DNA of 40,196 bases from a bacterium (GTDB taxonomy: Bacteria > Patescibacteriota > Patescibacteriia > Magasanikbacterales > GWA2-37-8). A model generated the notes under the pieces. It was not told the DNA's origin, searched no databases, and saw only the letters and a list, made by a program, of their open reading frames with translations. This document shows positions 34,445 to 40,196 of this stretch, one piece after another. Each line of letters opens with the position of its first letter. The stretch's first letter is position 1. The stretch lies in NCBI GenBank assembly GCA_021812425.1, contig JAKANM010000002.1, positions 1 through 40,196 of the forward strand, written 5' to 3'. The position numbers and the translations under genes are program-made.

Positions 34445-34906
34445 TTATTTGATCTCCTTGATCAGGTAAACCATTTTGCCGGAAGGAACAGCAATCTCTA
34501 CCTTTTCACCAACTTTATGGCCTATGAACGCCTCTCCGAGGGGAGATTCGTTCGAGATTAAGCCTTTGGTGGGGTTTATTTCCTGTGGTCCGACGATAGT
34601 GTATTTTTTTTCTTTACCGTTCAATTCGACCGTGATCGTGTCCCCGATCGATATCATGCCGGTGCTTTGTTTAACGATGATTTTCGCGCTGTTAATGATC
34701 TTTTCAACCTCAATCAGTCGACCCTGCGCCCAGGCCATATCCTCTCTCGCCTGGTGGTATTCGGCATTTTCGGATAAGTCACCTTGTTGCTTCGCCTCAT
34801 CGATGCGTTTGGCAATTTCTGGTATCGTCGAATTTTTTAGCGTTAAAAATTCTTTTTTTAATTCGTCGAGGCTGTCAGCGGAAAGGTAATGTATATTTTC
34901 ATCCAT
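34445..34906 (-). CDS. greA: Transcription elongation factor GreA
   Basis: 153 aa with the coiled-coil acidic tip DLSENAEYHQAREDMA and a C-terminal globular domain. Confidence 0.9.
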   Translation of the reverse strand: MDENIHYLSADSLDELKKEFLTLKNSTIPEIAKRIDEAKQQGDLSENAEYHQAREDMAWAQGRLIEVEKIINSAKIIVKQSTGMISIGDTITVELNGKEKKYTIVGPQEINPTKGLISNESPLGEAFIGHKVGEKVEIAVPSGKMVYLIKEIK

Positions 34907-34958
34907 AGATATTATATTCTGGGGATATGATAATAAATTGTATATTAAAACTTGCTTT

Positions 34959-34986
34959 AGTATAACACAAAGTTAGTCGGAGTCAA
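34959..34986 (-). promoter_or_regulatory. greA promoter: TTGACT, 16 nt, TGtTATACT
   Basis: On the minus strand, TTGACT is at 34986-34981 and TATACT at 34964-34959, preceded by TGT. It starts 12 nt after the mrdA stop. Confidence 0.5.
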
Positions 34987-34997
34987 ACAGACAATAA

Positions 34998-36977
34998 TCA
35001 CAAATATTTTTTACCCCACCAATCAAGAAACTTCTCCGCGATTGGCTCAGCAACAGCCGATCCTTCGCCGCCATCCTCGATTAGCACGGTGACTACAATT
35101 TTGGGATTTTGGTAGGGAGCAAACGAGGTGAACCAAGCGTGCGTCGGATGAGTTTTGCTCCATTGGGCGGTACCGGTTTTGCCTGCCGATTGGAAAGATA
35201 AAGCTCCAAGTTGTTTACAGCTTCCAAGGGTAACACAATCGCGCATCCCTTGGCGGACGATTTCTAAATTACTGTTTGAAATACCATTAAGATGTTTTTT
35301 TGGAAAATCTAGGTCGGTAACTTTTTTGGTCATCGGGTCGACGGTTTTCTGTACTAAATGCGGAGTGACCAGATATCCCCCATTCGCGACTGCCGCGGTC
35401 CAAACGCCTACCTGCAGAGGGGTCACGAGGAGGTCTCCCTGACCGATTGAAACATTATAGGTATCGCCGACATACCAGGTTTCGCCTTTGGTTTTCTTTT
35501 TCCAATCTTTGCTCGGAATAAATCCGGCGCTCTCGTTGGGCAGGTCGACAGCGGTTTTTTGGCTAAGCCCGAACATTGAAAAATATTTATTTAGACGATC
35601 AATTCCGAGGCCGATGAAATTTTTATACCCGCCGCCGACGTAGTAAAAAAAAGTATTTACCGACCAGGCAAGCGCTTTTGTGACGTTCGTAATTCCATGA
35701 CCTCCGGCTTTCCAGTCTTTATAGAATGTCCCCCCGACTTCAATTCCTCCAATACTGCTAACAACAGTATTTTTTGTCACGATATTTTCCTCGAGCGCCG
35801 CCGCCGCCACTAGCAATTTAACGGTGGATCCCGGCGGGTATAGGCCGCTGATTACGCGATTAAAAAGAGGGTTGTCCGGATTGTTCAAATAGGATGAATA
35901 TTTATTTTTATCGATACCATTTACAAATTCATTATTGTCAAAAGCCGGCCAGCTTACCAGCGCCAAAATTTCTCCATTAGTCGGGTTCATGGCGAGCGCG
36001 GAGATGCGATGCTTTCCGGTACTGTCGGCTGTTTCTTTGACTAGTTTTTCCATAAATTTTTGAGCATCCAGGTCAAGCGACACTATCAAATCATTTCCCG
36101 GCATCGGAGGCTCCATCGCGAGCACATTTTGCTCCTTGCCGATCGCGTTTACCTCAATTTTTTTTAACCCGTAAACGCCGCGCAGATTAGATTCGTATTT
36201 TTTTTCAAGACCAGTCTTGCCTATAAGATCGGATGTTGAATAGCCGTTTGATCGGTTGCTCTGAAGTTCGCTGTCGCTCAATTTTCCAACATAACCTATT
36301 ATATGAGAAAGACTTGGCACCAGAAGCGGTTCTGACGTGGTGTTGGTCGTAAAATAATATCCGCGCTTAGTCCCCCCCTCAACGATGACTCCCGGCAAGG
36401 AATCGTTTTTAACATAAAGACTAAGAGCGGTATCGTAGTCCAGGTGATCTTTAATGGTAATTGATTCATAACTATATGGACCAAATTTTTTTAACAATGA
36501 TTCGACATCGGCCGGGTTAATGCCGGTGAGACGTGAGAGCTGGTCCAGGATCTGCGCGCGCTCCAGCGCGTCACGAGGGAAGTCCTGGGGCACGATTGCT
36601 AAGGAAAAATTTGGAATGTTTTTGATCAGGTCACGGTTGAATCGATCGTAAATAATCCCCCGCTCAGCCAAAATTGGCAGTAAACGAATTCGATTGCCTT
36701 CGGCTAACATTCGATAGTAATCACCATTAATAACTTCCAGCTGGAAGACCCGAAGAAAAATCGAAAAAATTCCGATGCTGATGATCAATAAAAAGAACCA
36801 AAGTTTTTTTCGGTTGATGCCGGTGCCGATGTAGTTGTTTGTGTGTGAGATTGACAATTTACCGGGCGCATCCCCTTCCGGATCAAAGGACTCTTCTACC
36901 CAGGAAGTTTTGTATTTTCCATGTAGATTATTGTCTCCGAGGAGGCCTTTTTCAATTTTGAACGGATTTTGCGGCAT
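34998..36977 (-). CDS. mrdA: Penicillin-binding protein 2 (elongasome transpeptidase)
   Basis: STVK, SVN and KTGTA motifs, an N-terminal TM anchor, and position after mreBCD. Confidence 0.85.
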   Translation of the reverse strand: MPQNPFKIEKGLLGDNNLHGKYKTSWVEESFDPEGDAPGKLSISHTNNYIGTGINRKKLWFFLLIISIGIFSIFLRVFQLEVINGDYYRMLAEGNRIRLLPILAERGIIYDRFNRDLIKNIPNFSLAIVPQDFPRDALERAQILDQLSRLTGINPADVESLLKKFGPYSYESITIKDHLDYDTALSLYVKNDSLPGVIVEGGTKRGYYFTTNTTSEPLLVPSLSHIIGYVGKLSDSELQSNRSNGYSTSDLIGKTGLEKKYESNLRGVYGLKKIEVNAIGKEQNVLAMEPPMPGNDLIVSLDLDAQKFMEKLVKETADSTGKHRISALAMNPTNGEILALVSWPAFDNNEFVNGIDKNKYSSYLNNPDNPLFNRVISGLYPPGSTVKLLVAAAALEENIVTKNTVVSSIGGIEVGGTFYKDWKAGGHGITNVTKALAWSVNTFFYYVGGGYKNFIGLGIDRLNKYFSMFGLSQKTAVDLPNESAGFIPSKDWKKKTKGETWYVGDTYNVSIGQGDLLVTPLQVGVWTAAVANGGYLVTPHLVQKTVDPMTKKVTDLDFPKKHLNGISNSNLEIVRQGMRDCVTLGSCKQLGALSFQSAGKTGTAQWSKTHPTHAWFTSFAPYQNPKIVVTVLIEDGGEGSAVAEPIAEKFLDWWGKKYL

Positions 36978-36983
36978 ATTTAT

Positions 36984-37508
36984 CTACAGCGAGTGGTAGG
37001 TAATTTTTCGTTTCGTGAAAAGAAGGGAGATCGCGTAGGCGATCAACAGCGACAACGCGTTTATAAAAATTTCCGAAGCGAAGTATGTCAAATTAGGCAA
37101 CTGAAGCACATCGGTTTTTTTGTAAAAAAAATAAATTGTTAGGAGAAGCGCGTAGGAAAAAATTTCGTAGAAAAATATTCCGAGAGCGCCAAGAAAAAAA
37201 ATATTATACCATGAAAAATTTGAAAAAATTTCAAATATCCGCCGGGTGACAACTATCGTCGATATCATCGCTAGCGCGGTTAACCCAAACGGCAACGACG
37301 AGAACAGGTCGGTGGTAAGGGATATGATCAAGGCAAGCCAAAGGGCTGAAAGATTGTTGCGGTAGACTATTAACCAAAGGAACGTCAGGAGCGCGATGTT
37401 TATTCGATTAAATGGAAACGGCAAAAGATAAACGGCCGTAATTTGTGCTAAGAAAATCATTAACAGCGCCCCGAATAATTTTGCCAGGGTTCTTAGGGTT
37501 TGGAGCAT
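36984..37508 (-). CDS. mreD: Rod shape-determining protein MreD
   Basis: 174-aa polytopic membrane protein between mreC and mrdA. The call rests on synteny. Confidence 0.6.
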   Translation of the reverse strand: MLQTLRTLAKLFGALLMIFLAQITAVYLLPFPFNRINIALLTFLWLIVYRNNLSALWLALIISLTTDLFSSLPFGLTALAMISTIVVTRRIFEIFSNFSWYNIFFLGALGIFFYEIFSYALLLTIYFFYKKTDVLQLPNLTYFASEIFINALSLLIAYAISLLFTKRKITYHSL

Positions 37509-37509
37509 A

Positions 37510-38313
37510 TTATTGGGTGAGAAGTACGCTCACTGACGTGAGTTTAGAAAAGTCAGTCGCGGGTGTTATGATTGCCTGTTGAAAAGGTTTGTATGGTTCG
37601 TTCTCGATTTCCGCGACCGTGCCGATGAGTAGTCCCCTTGGAGTCGTGGTCTCAAGTCCGGAGGTAACAACTTGGTTATTGACCAGCACCACTTCATCGC
37701 GGGGTATCAGGTTCATTTTCAGGCTGATGCCGAAACCACCTTCGATAACGCCCAGGCTTTTGTCGTGGTTTAGGATCGTGGAGCCAATTCGACTGGAATT
37801 ATCGTTGAGGAGTCTCACTATGGAAATAGTATCAGCGATTTTAATAATTTTCCCAATCAGTATGCCGTCATTCACCACAACCGGATCGTTAATCGTTATT
37901 CCGTCATTGCCACCGCGGTCAATAATAATGGTTTTGTCAGTGCCGATAATTTCCCTGCCGACGACCTCAGCCAGAATATGCTTAATTTGTTTTTTTTTAA
38001 AATAATTAAGCTGGGTTTGTAATTCGGCATTTTCAGCGCTTAGTTGGGTTAACTCAGAAGTAAGAAGCAGGTATTTTTCGGCGTCGATGCTACACTCGTT
38101 ATAGGCCTTGATAAAATCCTCGCGGTTTTTAAAAAATTGATAATTGTCTGTCATGCGGATGCTAAGTCCATGAACTCCCCCCAACGCCGGTATGGAGAAG
38201 CTTCTTATCCAGTTCTCGTACTGCCGAAGCCAGCCCAAATAATGCAAACCAACCACCAACACAAAAACAACCCCTACGGTTAGATATATTTTTCGTGTCT
38301 TTGAGGGAAGCAT
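37510..38313 (-). CDS. mreC: Rod shape-determining protein MreC
   Basis: N-terminal TM segment, coiled coil (LTSELTQLSAENAELQTQL), C-terminal beta domains, and synteny. Confidence 0.8.
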   Translation of the reverse strand: MLPSKTRKIYLTVGVVFVLVVGLHYLGWLRQYENWIRSFSIPALGGVHGLSIRMTDNYQFFKNREDFIKAYNECSIDAEKYLLLTSELTQLSAENAELQTQLNYFKKKQIKHILAEVVGREIIGTDKTIIIDRGGNDGITINDPVVVNDGILIGKIIKIADTISIVRLLNDNSSRIGSTILNHDKSLGVIEGGFGISLKMNLIPRDEVVLVNNQVVTSGLETTTPRGLLIGTVAEIENEPYKPFQQAIITPATDFSKLTSVSVLLTQ

Positions 38314-38332
38314 AGTTATGCTTTAGAGCTAT

Positions 38333-39388
38333 TTATGATTTCTGAGGCCGGGCAGGGATGGGGTAAATAGCTACATCGCGGAGAAGATTGTCATCATCAA
38401 GCAACATGCCGAGGCCGCGTACAACCGAAGTCAGTGGGTCGTCAGCGATTCGCACCGGAATCTCGATAGCGCGGTGAATCAGTTGGTCAAAGCCGCGCAG
38501 TAGCGCGCCGCCGCCTGAGAGCAAGATCCCTCGTTCGTGAATATCCGCCACTAATTCCGGCGGAGTAATTTCAATAATATCCTTGATGCTGTCTACAATT
38601 ACACGCAGAGATTTGATCATCGCTTCACGAACTTGTGTGTCATTGATCATGACCTCGCGTGGCAAACCGGTTAGAAGATCACGTCCTCTCATCGGAAATT
38701 GAAGTGGCTCGGAAAGATCAATCGCCGATCCAACTTTAATTTTTATTTCTTCCGCCTGCCGCTCGCCAAGCAGTAAATTAAAGACATCGCGGGCGTACTG
38801 GACAATATTTCTGTTTAATTCATCACCGGCAATTTTAATCGATTTTCTGGTCGTAATGCCGCTGAGTGAAATTACGGCGATTTCGCAGGTGCCGCCGCCC
38901 ATTTCCACAATTAAGTTTCCGAGCGGTTCTCGAACCGGCATCCTCGAGCCGATTGCCGAAGCCATCGACTCTTCGACGATCCATACTTCGCGGGAGCCGC
39001 TGTTTATCACGGCGTCACCGATCGCGCGGCGTTCCACCTCCGTGATGTCAACCGGCGCCCCGATGACGATCCTTGGCCGCGACAAAAAATTGAGAGAGGT
39101 ATCCTCATAAACTTTGTCGACAAAATAACGAAGCATTTTTTCAGTGACTTCAAAATCCGAAATAATACCGTGCGTGAGCGGCCTCGTCGTCACAATGTGG
39201 GGCGGAGTCTTGCCAAGCATATCTTTCGCTTCATGGCCGACCGCCAGAATTTGTTCGGTTTTGGTGTTTACCGCGACTACACTCGGTTCGTTGATTATCA
39301 CTCCCCTACCCTTCACATAGACTAAAGTATTCGCGGTCCCAAGATCAATCCCGATTTCTTTTCTGAATTTTCTGAAAAAATTAGACAT
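38333..39388 (-). CDS. mreB: Rod shape-determining protein MreB
   Basis: Actin-fold motifs IGIDLGTANTLVYV and LSGGGALLRG; 351 aa. Confidence 0.95.
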   Translation of the reverse strand: MSNFFRKFRKEIGIDLGTANTLVYVKGRGVIINEPSVVAVNTKTEQILAVGHEAKDMLGKTPPHIVTTRPLTHGIISDFEVTEKMLRYFVDKVYEDTSLNFLSRPRIVIGAPVDITEVERRAIGDAVINSGSREVWIVEESMASAIGSRMPVREPLGNLIVEMGGGTCEIAVISLSGITTRKSIKIAGDELNRNIVQYARDVFNLLLGERQAEEIKIKVGSAIDLSEPLQFPMRGRDLLTGLPREVMINDTQVREAMIKSLRVIVDSIKDIIEITPPELVADIHERGILLSGGGALLRGFDQLIHRAIEIPVRIADDPLTSVVRGLGMLLDDDNLLRDVAIYPIPARPQKS

Positions 39389-39779
39389 AGTTACTGTTAC
39401 TGTGTTTGTAGTTGGAAAAAATTATTAGCTCAACAAAAATAAAAAATATGATTAATATAATCGCGTTCCACCAAAATAACAAACCTTGTGAAAGTAAAAT
39501 GAGAATCAGTATAACTGCCAGGCCCAAAAGAATCCCCTGTCGGAAAGTACGCCGCACGTGTCGAAATACCACCTCGTCATTTTTCATGCTGAGGTGCTTG
39601 ATCAAAAAACCAACCACGGAGAATGTCCCGACAATCGCCATAAATAGGCTTAGATAAAAGGAAATCAGGCCGATAAGGTTGTCACTAAGCGGTGAGATAT
39701 TTAATAATACAAAAATCCAGATCGTCCAGGAAAGCAGACTGCCGATAAACATTAAAAAAAGATACAAACGTAATGTCAT
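39381..39779 (-). CDS. Hypothetical 4-TM membrane protein, overlapping the mreB start by 8 nt
   Basis: 132 aa with four hydrophobic segments and no recognisable motif. The stop/start overlap suggests translational coupling with mreB. Confidence 0.5.
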   Translation of the reverse strand: MTLRLYLFLMFIGSLLSWTIWIFVLLNISPLSDNLIGLISFYLSLFMAIVGTFSVVGFLIKHLSMKNDEVVFRHVRRTFRQGILLGLAVILILILLSQGLLFWWNAIILIIFFIFVELIIFSNYKHSNSNYV

Positions 39780-39789
39780 AGGTTTAGCT

Positions 39790-39818
39790 ATGTTAGCTGA
39801 TTATTAAGTTTTGAGCAA
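39790..39818 (-). promoter_or_regulatory. Promoter: TTGCTC, 17 nt, TAACAT, ending 10 nt before the ATG at 39779
   Basis: On the minus strand, TTGCTC is at 39818-39813 and TAACAT at 39795-39790. A GC-rich hairpin (GCCCGCC-GACA-GGCAGGC, 39819-39836) immediately upstream may terminate the DUF721 transcript. Confidence 0.4.
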
Positions 39819-39840
39819 GCCTGCCTGTCGGCGGGCAGTA

Positions 39841-40134
39841 TTATGATAAGTAACGGATTTTTAGGACATGGCCGCCAGGCACGGCTTTATTGATTTCTTC
39901 GATTATTGAGTTTTCATAAAGCTTGATTTCTCCGGCGGCGGTGGAACTTAGGCAAGCGATCGTTAAGGTCTGATTTTTGAAATATGCGGGAGCGGCGACA
40001 GTTTTGATCCCCTCGCCGAACCGACTGACCAGGATTTTTTCCGCCTCGGCGATAATTTGTGACGCCCGAACACCACGCACCAGAGGTGAGTTAAAATTTC
40101 TATTTTTTAAAATGTCCGCAAATAAATTCATCAT
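39841..40134 (-). CDS. DUF721 (DciA-like) domain protein
   Basis: 97 aa with a pattern typical of DUF721 proteins: RASQIIAEAEKIL...AYFKNQTLTIACLSSTAAGEIKL. An extended -10, TGtGATAAT (40157-40149), lies 14 nt upstream of the ATG. Confidence 0.55.
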   Translation of the reverse strand: MMNLFADILKNRNFNSPLVRGVRASQIIAEAEKILVSRFGEGIKTVAAPAYFKNQTLTIACLSSTAAGEIKLYENSIIEEINKAVPGGHVLKIRYLS

Positions 40135-40196
40135 AATAGTTAGTCGTAATTATCACACTCGGTATTCGCAAATTTCCTTGAAGTCGCAAAATCCGC

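Noticed and set aside
34907-34916. A TATAAT hexamer 4 nt upstream of the greA ATG, considered as another leaderless promoter.
   Set aside because: The spacing is too short for a TSS at or before the ATG, and there is no -35 or TG. The upstream TTGACT-16-TGtTATACT is a much better match.
1-40196. Alternative genetic code (UGA recoding), as seen in some candidate phyla.
   Set aside because: Long conserved ORFs are uninterrupted under the standard code, and several well-defined genes end at TGA at the expected C-terminus (GtrA-like, tagA-like, gltX, mrdA). There is no sign of in-frame TGA read-through.
1-40196. tRNA, rRNA, CRISPR arrays, transposases and defence or toxin-antitoxin cassettes.
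   Set aside because: No intergenic gap exceeds about 170 nt. None of the gaps shows cloverleaf-compatible arms or regularly spaced repeats, and no ORF carries a transposase, nuclease-defence or TA-like signature that I can recognise.

Overview
This is a gene-dense 40.2 kb window with about 42 protein-coding genes, almost all housekeeping. Product names come from motif recognition in the supplied translations only; no database search was run.

Gene content:
- Plus strand: a 5'-truncated TraD/VirD4-like ATPase, a tandem zinc-ribbon protein, mnmA, alaS, a GtrA-like gene, infA-rpmJ-rpsM-rpsK-rpsD-rpoA-rplQ-rplM-rpsI, a metzincin-like protease, a Wzx/GT4/GT2 polysaccharide block, and thpR-tagA-gltX-M23 peptidase.
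- Minus strand: DUF721, a membrane protein with mreBCD-mrdA, greA-lysS-nucleotidyltransferase-serS-alr-ftsQ, a xerC-like recombinase, and clpB followed by an S11 peptidase, a LigB-like gene, priA, def, fmt and an O-antigen ligase.
- The shortened proteins, the CxxC zinc-ribbon family and the gene set fit a reduced-genome bacterium of the Patescibacteria/CPR type. That assignment is inference.
- I found no rRNA, tRNA, CRISPR array, transposase or recognisable defence or toxin-antitoxin island. No intergenic gap exceeds about 170 nt, so I cannot support a hidden multi-gene novel system.

Most unusual observations:
1. An 80-nt leader element occurs twice, ending on the start codons of mnmA and rpoA, with two compensatory base-pair changes in one hairpin.
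2. Shine-Dalgarno motifs are almost absent, and several strong promoters (often with an extended -10) sit 5-10 nt from the ATG, which implies leaderless mRNAs.
3. RpoA lacks the alpha C-terminal domain.
4. PriA has lost Walker A, DExH and the arginine-finger motif.
5. A variant CIRCE operator overlaps the clpB promoter.
6. A tandem zinc-ribbon gene sits behind a long structured leader.
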